59,391 nucleotides of DNA from a bacterium. Its GTDB lineage: Bacteria > Verrucomicrobiota > Verrucomicrobiia > Chthoniobacterales > JAFAMB01. A model generated the notes under the pieces. It ran no database searches. It worked only from the letters and a program-made list of their open reading frames with translations, and was not told where the DNA came from. The position numbers and the translations under genes were made by a program. The stretch spans positions 1-59,391 of the forward strand of contig JBKPBY010000150.1 in assembly GCA_046727075.1 (NCBI GenBank), written 5' to 3'. This document shows positions 47,251 to 55,491 of this stretch, in pieces (position 1 is the stretch's first letter; every line of letters begins with the position of its first letter).

Positions 47251-48155
47251 GAACTTGCGCCAGTTTCGCTTGGCGGCAATTTGGCGGTCAGCGGCGCTGG
47301 CGACGTGACCGGTTTTTGTGATCCGCTTTGCTTTTGGGATCGAGAATCGGAAATCTTCATATTTTTGCCGACGATCCCCATGACTCCTTCAAATGCTTCC
47401 TTCGAAATTCCATGCGAAACCTTTACTCGAAATCGTTTCCAAAGGTATTCTTCCATTCGCATCCACGTGCCGTTGTAATTTACGCGCTGAGTCCATGCGC
47501 AAATAGTAATAATGCTTTGCAAAAGACGGATTCGCAAAATCAATAGGCCAGCTGCTATCAGGACCGTTGCCATGGCAAACAAGAGAATCGTCCAGATCAG
47601 CATGCGTGACGTCATCTTCTGATCGAGTCCTTGCCGCCGATCAAAGAGGAGCTGCGTCTGATCATCCCGCATGCGGGAGAGGATCGGTACAGTCTGTTTG
47701 TTTGCTATCGAGATTGTTTCGGCGTCCGAGGATGCGGCGGCTGCCGGACCTTCCTCGGGTGATAACAGGCCGACTGTCTGATCCATTGCGCGCAGCTGCT
47801 GCTGAACTACGGGCGCCAACTTGGCAAGTTGTGGTTCCTGGATTTGATTGGTGTTCGCTAGACAGAACAAAAGCGCAAGATGAACATCGACACTGCTGCG
47901 CGTGGCCATGTAGCGGAGCAACGACTCGGGATCCTTTCCCTGAAGAAATTCGTATCGCCGGATTTGAGCCTCCTCTAAGACGCTTTTGAAATTCGAGATC
48001 TCAGAGAGCATGGTCGCCGCACGTCGAGTGGAGACACTGGCTGTCAGTTGATCCATGTAAAGTTTTCGCCCGATAAAGATGAACGCGCATGCCAGCAGAA
48101 TCGGTAGCACAACGACCGTAATACGAGAAATCAGCTGGTTTTTGGAGGGGTTCAT
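47247..48155 (-). CDS. CHASE3-domain membrane sensor lacking a recognisable output domain
   Basis: 302 aa. TM1, a periplasmic helical domain of about 160 aa with CHASE3-like EAQIRRYEFLQGKDPESLLRY, TM2, then a cytoplasmic tail of about 100 aa (ICAWTQRVNYNGTWMRMEEYLWKRFRVKVSHGIS). ATGA overlap with the TraB/GumN gene. Confidence 0.6.
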   Translation of the reverse strand: MNPSKNQLISRITVVVLPILLACAFIFIGRKLYMDQLTASVSTRRAATMLSEISNFKSVLEEAQIRRYEFLQGKDPESLLRYMATRSSVDVHLALLFCLANTNQIQEPQLAKLAPVVQQQLRAMDQTVGLLSPEEGPAAAASSDAETISIANKQTVPILSRMRDDQTQLLFDRRQGLDQKMTSRMLIWTILLFAMATVLIAAGLLILRIRLLQSIITICAWTQRVNYNGTWMRMEEYLWKRFRVKVSHGISKEAFEGVMGIVGKNMKISDSRSQKQSGSQKPVTSPAPLTAKLPPSETGASS

Positions 48156-48298
48156 CAGCTAGCTGTTCACCGCAGGGCAGAAGGATTCAGCCGTCGAGTT
48201 GTTACGGTTCTCGATAGCAGCGATAGGATTTCTCTTCTTGCCTTTCGATCGACATTCTGTTGTGGGATGCGATGTTGAGTTTCGCAAAACATCAACGA

Positions 48299-48976
48299 AT
48301 GAGTGCCGAAGGAGAGGTGGCTTCCCAGAGCCAGCAAATAACAATCGGTCGATCGACGGCGCGCAGATGGACGTGGCGATTGATCTTTCTTGGGTCAGCT
48401 CTCGCTGTCGCATTAATTTTTGGGGGATATTACCTGCTGCCGAGAAAAGTCCCGACATCCGGAGGTTTGTATTTTTTTTCCGAGAGAATACTACCTGTTC
48501 CTCGCTTTGCCCAGTCCGATGCGCGTTGGGGACATGACCCACTTGGGTTGACTTCGTCGAGTCTCGGCGCGGAGGGATGCGCGGTCTGTTCCGCAGCGAT
48601 GGTGCTTTCGTATTACGGCGTAGACGTCGATCCAGGGCGTTTAAACGAATTTCTTTCGGAGAATGATGGCTACACCGAGCAGGGTTGGCTGTATTGGGAA
48701 AAAGCTGCAGCGTTTCAACCGGGCGTCGCCCGTCACGCGTACGAAGATCTACCCTCCTATTATCTGATGGATAGAAATCTTCTGGCGGGAAATCCGGTGA
48801 TTGTTCGGGTCCATCTGCCCAGTGGAATAACCCATTTCGTAGTAGTTGTGGGCAAACATGGTTTTGATTATTTGATTCAGGATCCAGCCTCTGGCGGCGA
48901 CCAGGGAGTTTACCCATTGCGGATGCTGGTCCAGGAAGCAGAAGCATTGAGGTTCTACGAGAAGCTAAAGCGTTGA
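48299..48976 (+). CDS. Membrane-anchored peptidase C39-like (papain-fold) protein
   Basis: N-terminal TM (WRLIFLGSALAVALIFGGYYLL). Candidate catalytic Cys in GAEGCAVCSAAMVLSYYG and His in GITHFVVVVG. Start uncertain (48260 or 48299). Confidence 0.6.
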   Translation: MSAEGEVASQSQQITIGRSTARRWTWRLIFLGSALAVALIFGGYYLLPRKVPTSGGLYFFSERILPVPRFAQSDARWGHDPLGLTSSSLGAEGCAVCSAAMVLSYYGVDVDPGRLNEFLSENDGYTEQGWLYWEKAAAFQPGVARHAYEDLPSYYLMDRNLLAGNPVIVRVHLPSGITHFVVVVGKHGFDYLIQDPASGGDQGVYPLRMLVQEAEALRFYEKLKR

Positions 48977-49069
48977 GCGCGAGTCCGCTCGCGACGACAG
49001 AGCGTCGCCTGCCCCGGCTTTTCTCTTGACTGAGGGGTGCCCACCGCGACCATTACCGTGCCCAACTTC

Positions 49070-49735
49070 ATGTCACGCAAGCCCTCAGTAGTTGCCGTTG
49101 TCGCATCTGGTGAAGATTTCGAGGAGCTCTCCAAGTTGCCTCCCAGGTCTGCGGACTTGTGCGAGCTACGCATAGATTTACTTCAGAATTGTTCGGCAGA
49201 TCTGGATGCCCTCATCGCCGACCTCTCTATTCCCAAAATCGTGACGGTCCGCGATCCTCGCGAGGGCGGGGCAAACCAACTCTCTGCTGAGACCAGGCTT
49301 AAGCTCTTTTCTCAGTGGCTCCCCGCGTGTGATTACATCGACATTGAGTGCCGAAACCTTAGCGAATTTTCGGGGCTGGTCCGAGAGGCGGAACAACGGG
49401 GAAAAGGCATCATTTATTCCTTCCACGATTTCGAAAAAACTCCTGAGGTTGGCCAAATGGAGGAGCTACTCGAAACGATAGAACCAAAAACAAACCAGAT
49501 CTTCAAGGTCGCGACGGAAGTCTCTACGTGGCAGGACGTTGAGAAGCTGATTCTCTTTATGCGGAGGAATCACGAGCACAACGTTGCGGCCATGGGGATA
49601 GGTTCACTTGGCAAGCTTTCCCGGCTTGTCCTTGCCAGATTGGGTTCCGTTCTGGTGTACGCGGCTCTTGGGCGAAAAGTAGTGGCTGCCCAGTGGGAGG
49701 TCGCTGCATTGCGAAGCATTCTTGCCGAGCTCTAA
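49070..49735 (+). CDS. aroD: Type I 3-dehydroquinate dehydratase
   Basis: VVAVVAS, CELRIDLL, IIYSFHDF (His) and IFKVAT (Schiff-base Lys) pattern. Start ATG 49070. Confidence 0.78.
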   Translation: MSRKPSVVAVVASGEDFEELSKLPPRSADLCELRIDLLQNCSADLDALIADLSIPKIVTVRDPREGGANQLSAETRLKLFSQWLPACDYIDIECRNLSEFSGLVREAEQRGKGIIYSFHDFEKTPEVGQMEELLETIEPKTNQIFKVATEVSTWQDVEKLILFMRRNHEHNVAAMGIGSLGKLSRLVLARLGSVLVYAALGRKVVAAQWEVAALRSILAEL

Positions 49736-49760
49736 GCTGTTGTCTGAGCCTTTGGACATT

Positions 49761-50525
49761 ATGAGAATAGCCCTTGTACTCCTTTGTGCTCTGTTTTGCT
49801 CGAATGCGCTCGCAGACAAACCCACAGGACAAACGATCTCAGTGAATCTAAAGCGAGGCCAGTTCAATACCTATCATTTTGTCCCACCCAATCCGCCCCG
49901 CGCAGTGATTCTTTTTGGTTCTGGAGACGGCGGGTGGGGCTACATCGAGAATCATGCCTCAGCCTTCCTGGAGAGCAGCGGGTTTTATGTTGTTGGGGTG
50001 GACTGCCGAGAATATGCGAAATCGGATTACGACGCGTCTGTGCTCATCAATGATTATCGAACGATTACTGATGACGCGCTGTCGAGAACTGGGCACCCCG
50101 ATTTGGCGGCGATTTATGGCGGGTGGTCGATGGGGGCAGTCCAGGCAGTAGCTGCGGCGGGGAGCGAGCAACGTTCTCCGCGACTCGTTGGGCTACTCTT
50201 ATTGAGCATGGGTAGCCGAGGTAGGTACGGTCTTCGATTCCCCGACGAAATCGGGTTGTCGCCGCAAGGAAAAGGAACATTCGGCGTTGCCGACTTTACC
50301 GCGGCGGTCGCGAATCTTCGGGTGGTCCAATTCGAGGCAATCGGGGACTGGATGAATAACGTCGATTGGATCAAAACGCTGAAGACACCGCATCGGCTGT
50401 TCGAGCTCCAGAATACTGACCACGACTTCAATGGCATCAACACTGACTTTCAGAAAGCCTTATTGGATGGATTGAACTGGATGCTAGATCCTTCGCAATC
50501 ACCCGGTGATGAGGCAAATACCTAG
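49761..50525 (+). CDS. VirJ/AcvB-like alpha/beta hydrolase (candidate aminoacyl-phosphatidylglycerol hydrolase)
   Basis: Signal peptide MRIALVLLCALFCSNALA. FGSGDGGWG motif and GWSMGA nucleophile elbow typical of the VirJ family. Lies immediately upstream of the MprF-like gene. Confidence 0.7.
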   Translation: MRIALVLLCALFCSNALADKPTGQTISVNLKRGQFNTYHFVPPNPPRAVILFGSGDGGWGYIENHASAFLESSGFYVVGVDCREYAKSDYDASVLINDYRTITDDALSRTGHPDLAAIYGGWSMGAVQAVAAAGSEQRSPRLVGLLLLSMGSRGRYGLRFPDEIGLSPQGKGTFGVADFTAAVANLRVVQFEAIGDWMNNVDWIKTLKTPHRLFELQNTDHDFNGINTDFQKALLDGLNWMLDPSQSPGDEANT

Positions 50526-50535
50526 CGTGGTTGAG

Positions 50536-52272
50536 ATGGACGAAATCGCTCCAAAGGAAACTAGCTTGGAACGACAAGTGCAGTTGACTAACGAATTGCA
50601 AAGAGAATCCCAGCATCATCGACGCCTGGTACATGGGGTTGCGTGGTTTGTCGCTTTCATCGGGCTGCTAAATATCGTCGAGGCAATCTTCCCGAATGAG
50701 CCAGGCGTGGTCGACTGGATGGAACAGTTCCTTCCGATGGACATCGCGGAGTCGAGCCGCCTTGGAACGTATCTCACGGGTTTCTGTCTGTTGGCGATTG
50801 CCAGGGGTGTATGGCGCAGAAAACGTGCGGCGTGGTGGGTAGCTCTAGTTCTGTTGTCACTTACCAGTGTCCTTCATCTGGTGCGAGGGCTGGATTACCG
50901 CCACACAATTCTTGCATTGGTAAGCATTGGTTTGCTTATTTGGCGACGAAAAGACTTTGTGGCGCAGTCCGATCGGGTCTCGATTCGATGGGCGCTAATC
51001 ATCGGGATCCCGCTTTTCATTGGGGCATTTTTGTACGGTGTGATCGGGGTGTTTCTGCTCAAAGGGCAAGTGGTGGGAAGGAACGACCTGTTTGGAGCCG
51101 TCCTGACTTCGCTTGAGCTGATTTTTCTCCAAGCAACGGACACTCAGATAGCCATCACACCGCAAGCTGCCAATTTTTTCGATCAGGTCAGCGCCGGCGG
51201 GATGATCAGTGGTCTGGTGATCGTACTGCTGTTGTTGAGACCAGTGCTGCAGCGAGCGCAAAAACCTCATGTCGATTACAATCGAATTCGAGAAATCATT
51301 GACCGGCATGGCTGCGACCCATTGGATGAGTTCGCGTTGTTGGAGGACAAGAGCTATTTCTTTACTGCCGACAACGAATCCTTTTTCGCCTACGCGCTTT
51401 GGCGGAACTATGCAGTCTGTTTGGTGGGACCGATTGGTCCCGCGGAAGCGTGGGCTTCGGCGACATCCGAGTTTCTCGAATTTTGCTCGGTTCAGGATTG
51501 GCAGCCTGTTTTCTACTGTGTGCGTGCTGAACTGCGACCTGCGTTCAGCCAATGCGGCCTGCGGAGTTTCAAAATTGGCGAGGACGCCCGGTTGAGTGTT
51601 ACCGATTTCAATCTCAAGGGCGGTAAATTTCAGAATCTTCGGACGGCGTGTAACAAAGCCCGAAAGGAAGGAAAAAGGCTGCAATGGTACGAACCGGGCG
51701 ACGGCCCTTTAGATCATGGACTCGAAGCTCAGTTGAAGGTGCTATCCGACGCCTGGTTGCATGAAAAGCAGGGGACCGAAATGACATTCGATCTAGGATC
51801 TTTCAATCTTGTTCAGATTCGCAAAAACGGGGTTGCGGCGCTTTTCAATGCAGAAGGACGCCCGGACGCCTTTGCTACCTGGCTACCCTACAAGCAAAGG
51901 ACCGCAAGGAGCCTCGACCTGATGAGAAGTCGGTCAGATGCGAAAGGGGTGATGGACTTTTTGATCGTCGAATCGATCGATCACTTCAAAGCGATGGAAG
52001 TAGAAGAGGTGAGCTTGGGGAACGCGCCACTGGCAAACATCGAACAAAACGTGAAAGGATATCGACGAGAAGAGCGCGCAGTAAAATTTCTGTTTGAAAA
52101 CTTCAATCGCTATTACGGATACAAATCGTTGTTTGAATTCAAGAAAAAGTATCAGCCAATATGGCAAGGGCGATATCTCGGTTTTCGCCCAAATAGCAAT
52201 CTGCTCTGGATCGCTTTGGCTTTGGTTCGGGTTCACATGCCGCAGGGGCTGATGAGAATATTGCGTTCATAG
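50536..52272 (+). CDS. MprF/LpiA-like aminoacyl-phosphatidylglycerol synthase (DUF2156 C-terminal domain)
   Basis: About 6 N-terminal TM helices. Cytoplasmic domain with FFAYALWRNYAVCLVGPIGP, SLDLMRSRSDAKGVMDFLI, GNAPLAN and YGYKSLFEFKKKYQP. Alternative starts at 50506 and 50527. Confidence 0.8.
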   Translation: MDEIAPKETSLERQVQLTNELQRESQHHRRLVHGVAWFVAFIGLLNIVEAIFPNEPGVVDWMEQFLPMDIAESSRLGTYLTGFCLLAIARGVWRRKRAAWWVALVLLSLTSVLHLVRGLDYRHTILALVSIGLLIWRRKDFVAQSDRVSIRWALIIGIPLFIGAFLYGVIGVFLLKGQVVGRNDLFGAVLTSLELIFLQATDTQIAITPQAANFFDQVSAGGMISGLVIVLLLLRPVLQRAQKPHVDYNRIREIIDRHGCDPLDEFALLEDKSYFFTADNESFFAYALWRNYAVCLVGPIGPAEAWASATSEFLEFCSVQDWQPVFYCVRAELRPAFSQCGLRSFKIGEDARLSVTDFNLKGGKFQNLRTACNKARKEGKRLQWYEPGDGPLDHGLEAQLKVLSDAWLHEKQGTEMTFDLGSFNLVQIRKNGVAALFNAEGRPDAFATWLPYKQRTARSLDLMRSRSDAKGVMDFLIVESIDHFKAMEVEEVSLGNAPLANIEQNVKGYRREERAVKFLFENFNRYYGYKSLFEFKKKYQPIWQGRYLGFRPNSNLLWIALALVRVHMPQGLMRILRS

Positions 52273-52278
52273 AGAAAC

Positions 52279-52385
52279 GCCGACAGCGCCACCATCGCCG
52301 ACATCCGAAGCGAGACGGCGAGATGGCGAAGGGCGACACGGCAATCGTCCACGGTTGTGGCAATGACGGCGATGACGGCGCTGTC
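52279..52385. repeat. Imperfect palindrome with 9-bp-periodic arms (GCCGACAGC GCCACCATC GCCGACATC ... GGCAATGAC GGCGATGAC GGCGCTGTC)
   Basis: Arms 52282-52305 and 52362-52385 pair at 20 of 24 positions. Begins 7 nt after the MprF-like stop. Same unit type as 28936-28989 and 53879-53914. Confidence 0.75.
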
Positions 52386-52420
52386 CAGAGCTTGCGAACG
52401 CGCGGGAAAACATCGTAACT

Positions 52421-52783
52421 TTGGTCGTGTACACATTTCTCCTGAAGTCCAAGATCCATCGGGCGCGAGTGACCGACTCGAATGTGGACTATGAGGGAAG
52501 CCTTGCGGTTTCCGCGGAACTGGCTGAGGCAGTTGGGATCGAGGAGTTCGAACGCGTGCTGATTTCTAACATGCGCACCGGTGAACAATTCGAGACCTAT
52601 GTGATTTATGGTGCGCGCGGGGAAGGTATGATCCAGCTAAACGGCGCAACCGCCCATTTCGGAAAAGCGGGCGATCATCTAACGGTCATGAGCTACGGCC
52701 TGTACGATTCCGCAGAAGCAAAAACGCACCAGCCGAAGGTCATCATCCTGGATGAGAAGAATCGCGTGGCGCGCCAAAAATAG
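52421..52783 (+). CDS. panD: Aspartate 1-decarboxylase proenzyme
   Basis: LKSKIHRARVT and the self-cleavage site context VDYEGSLAV. Start TTG 52421 or GTG 52427. Confidence 0.9.
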   Translation: MVVYTFLLKSKIHRARVTDSNVDYEGSLAVSAELAEAVGIEEFERVLISNMRTGEQFETYVIYGARGEGMIQLNGATAHFGKAGDHLTVMSYGLYDSAEAKTHQPKVIILDEKNRVARQK

Positions 52784-52869
52784 TCTGGCGGCATCGCCTA
52801 CTCCTTTCGGGCCAGAGAGCTCTTTCACGAAGGGTTCTGTTTGAACGTCCTGGCTCCGCTTCAGGTCGA

Positions 52870-53874
52870 ATGTGGCGAACTCTATCTTTGGTAAGCGTAA
52901 AGTCGGATGGGCCAGGCAAGGCGGAGTTTTCGATACGCTATACGATCGGGGGAGCAACTTGGAATTCTACCTACGACGCCCGGCTCGATTCCAACTCGGG
53001 TAAGGTAGAATTGGTGTACGACGGCATGGTACGCCAACGGACCGGAGAGGATTGGCAAAATGTTTGATTGGCGCTGTCGACGGCACAACCTTCGCGCAAT
53101 GGTCAGATGCCGGAATTGAACACTAACTTTGTTGATTACCAGCAGGAGGTGCGGGTGCAGCCGACCCCAGCTGCCGAGGGGAGAACCTTAGGTATGGAAC
53201 CCGCTGCTAGTCCCGTGTACAAGGCGGATAAGGCAGAGGCATTAGTGCGCGAGGTTGGCTTATCGGTCTCTTATCAAGTCAGCCTGCCGGTCACCATCCC
53301 AAGCGATGGTGAACCGCACAAGACCAGTATAACGGTGCTTAATCTGGAAGGGAGGCCCGAGTACGTGACAACGCCGAAACTCGATCCTGCTGCGTTTCTG
53401 AAAGTGCACCTCACCAACAGTACTCAGGCGATACTGTTACCCGGAAAGGTCAACCTGTTTCGCGATGGAGAATTTGTTGGGAGCGTGAATATGAAGCTGG
53501 TGCCCGCGGGATCTGATTTTGATCTGTATGCTGGACGAGATGATGCAATTAAAATCGAGCGCAAAAAGCTGGTGAGCAAACGTTCTGAGACCGGCATGAT
53601 TAACCGCAAACAGATTGAGGAAAAGAAATTCCAGATCTCACTACAGGACTTTCGGTCAGTACCAGTGAAGCTCTCCTTGTACGATCAAGTTCCAGTTTCC
53701 AAGAATGCCGAAATCGTGGTGAATCAGGGAGCCTTCTCGGATAAACCTTCTTCCATCGACAAGGATTCTGGAAAGATTACATGGGAAGTCGAATTGAAGC
53801 CGAAGGAGAAGAAGGTAATCGAATTCGGCTATTCGGTTGAATGGCCGAAAGGGAAAGAGATCGTTGGCAGGTGA
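52870..53874 (+). pseudogene. DUF4139 (mucoidy-inhibitor MuiA-like) gene remnant: 5'-truncated and interrupted by an in-frame TGA at 53065-53067
   Basis: Track ORFs 52870-53067 and 53068-53874 share one frame and are separated only by a TGA inside the conserved block TGEDWQNV*LALSTAQP. Only 86 bp separate the ORF from panD, so the usual N-terminal 150-200 aa are absent. Confidence 0.6.
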
Positions 53875-53878
53875 GAGC

Positions 53879-53932
53879 GCCGGCATCGCCGACAGTGCCA
53901 ACATCGCCGACAGTGGCAAAGATGGCACGCGT
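53879..53932. repeat. Tandem 9-bp units (GCCGGCATC GCCGACAGT GCCAACATC GCCGACAGT GGCAAAGAT GGCACGCGT)
   Basis: Read directly from the sequence. 53883-53912 matches 28949-28978 at 29 of 30 positions. Followed by the hairpin GGCGGCAGG-GC-CTGCCGCC. Confidence 0.8.
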
Positions 53933-53986
53933 CGGATTTCGGCGGCAGGGCCTGCCGCCCTACAGCGGCCGAGCTACCCGGCGTTC

Positions 53987-55225
53987 TCACCCCTTCCGAA
54001 ACAACGCAGCGTAGGCGCCATCCAGATTATCGCGGAACGGGATCGTTGATCGTTCTTCGACGAACTCAAGTTCTTTTATGTTTTCCCGTATGAAGGCAAC
54101 GACCTCCTCGTTTTCTTCCGGCTCAATACTGCAGGTGCTGTAAACGAGCCGGCCGCCACGCTTCAGGAATGGAATTGTGGCCTGCAGAATTCGCGTCTGT
54201 AGTTGGTGCATGCGAGGGAAGTCCTGAGGGGTTAATCTCCAGCGCACGTCGGCTCTTCTGCGGATGACGCCGGTGTTCGTACAGGGCGCATCTAATAGAA
54301 TGGCATTGAAAGTTTCACGCTGGAAAGGCGCAGAATGCTGTAGCCAATCGAGTAAAACAATCGTCGAATTGGCCACGCCTAGGCGGACCAGATTTTGTTC
54401 CAGGCGGTTCAGGCGGGCCCGGTCATAGTCGCAAGCGACCAGGTGTCCTTGATTTTCCATCAATTGCGCCATGTACGCCGTCTTCCCACCGGGCGCGGCA
54501 CACGCGTCGAGAACCAGTTCACCCGCTGTTGGCGCCAGGAGATCGCATGACACGAGCGTGCTCGGGTCCTGTGCATATGCGACACCGGAAACGATCCAGG
54601 AAAGTGGCAGGCGATCGACTTCCAGACAATCCGGACGGCTTTCCAAGATCCTGGAGCCAGGAAAGCTTTCCTGGAGTTCATGCGCTGTGACGCGCAGCTG
54701 ATTGGCTCGAACATAAATCTTGGCGGGTTCATTGTTCCAGGCGCAGAGCTGTTCGGCTGAGGCAGCCCCATAACGGCCCACCCATTTTTGCCAGAGAAAT
54801 TCGGGAAGTGAATAGCGGATGTGAGGGGGCGCTTCGGCCAGCCGTTTCAGCACCGTCTCTTTCTCCGCGATCGATCTTCGTAGCACGGCATTTACCAGGG
54901 TCCGAGCCGGGCCTGCAATGTTTACTGTTTCAAAAACGGCAGCGTGATCCGGGATGCGCATTTTGTAGAGTTGATAAATCCCAAGGCGCAACACCTGACG
55001 CGTTGGCATATCTAAACCGGATGGCCGAAATTGTTGGATGATGAAGTCGAGATACGATCGGTTACGGATAATTCCATAGAATGCTTCTGTGACGAATGCG
55101 CGATTCGCGTTGCTGAAGGTTGTGCGCTGCAGCGCTTGATGAAGTACTTCGTCCGCAAACTCCCGCTCAGACTCCCATCGCTGAAGAGCTTTCAGGCAAC
55201 AGAGGCGGGGATTCTTTGCTGGCAT
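53987..55225 (-). CDS. rsmB: 16S rRNA (cytosine(967)-C(5))-methyltransferase
   Basis: 412 aa. NusB-like N-terminal domain, DACAAPGGKT, DAPCTNTGVIRRRADVRWR, YSTCS. Confidence 0.88.
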   Translation of the reverse strand: MPAKNPRLCCLKALQRWESEREFADEVLHQALQRTTFSNANRAFVTEAFYGIIRNRSYLDFIIQQFRPSGLDMPTRQVLRLGIYQLYKMRIPDHAAVFETVNIAGPARTLVNAVLRRSIAEKETVLKRLAEAPPHIRYSLPEFLWQKWVGRYGAASAEQLCAWNNEPAKIYVRANQLRVTAHELQESFPGSRILESRPDCLEVDRLPLSWIVSGVAYAQDPSTLVSCDLLAPTAGELVLDACAAPGGKTAYMAQLMENQGHLVACDYDRARLNRLEQNLVRLGVANSTIVLLDWLQHSAPFQRETFNAILLDAPCTNTGVIRRRADVRWRLTPQDFPRMHQLQTRILQATIPFLKRGGRLVYSTCSIEPEENEEVVAFIRENIKELEFVEERSTIPFRDNLDGAYAALFRKG

Positions 55226-55491
55226 AGCATTCGCCCCGACGCTAAGCCGCTTCTAACTCCAAATTGAGAACCGCAGATTGCTATGGGGCTATGGAAGGGT
55301 CTTGCTTACAGTGCCTGTGGCCGCCGCGCGGCTTTAGTAGTCCATTGGGTCCTGTGAGCAACGTCCCTCCAAGACGTGGGCGTAATCTGCGGTTCCTCTG
55401 TCTTCTCAATGTCGGCCTGATGCGGATCAGGGTGTTACAGAGATTGTACGCCGGTTCACGAATTTGTCATGTTGAGCACCGTCTTGGCGCG

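Noticed and set aside
48159-48947. 262-aa minus-strand ORF antisense to the C39-like peptidase gene
   Set aside because: Its composition is Arg/Pro/Ser/Asn-rich and low in complexity, which is typical of antisense frames. The plus-strand frame has recognisable peptidase motifs and a TM anchor.
53065-53067. TGA recoding (selenocysteine or reassigned stop) in the DUF4139 frame
   Set aside because: Many well-supported genes in the window terminate with TGA. No Sec-related context or SECIS-like hairpin is obvious downstream. The gene is also 5'-truncated, which favours a pseudogene.
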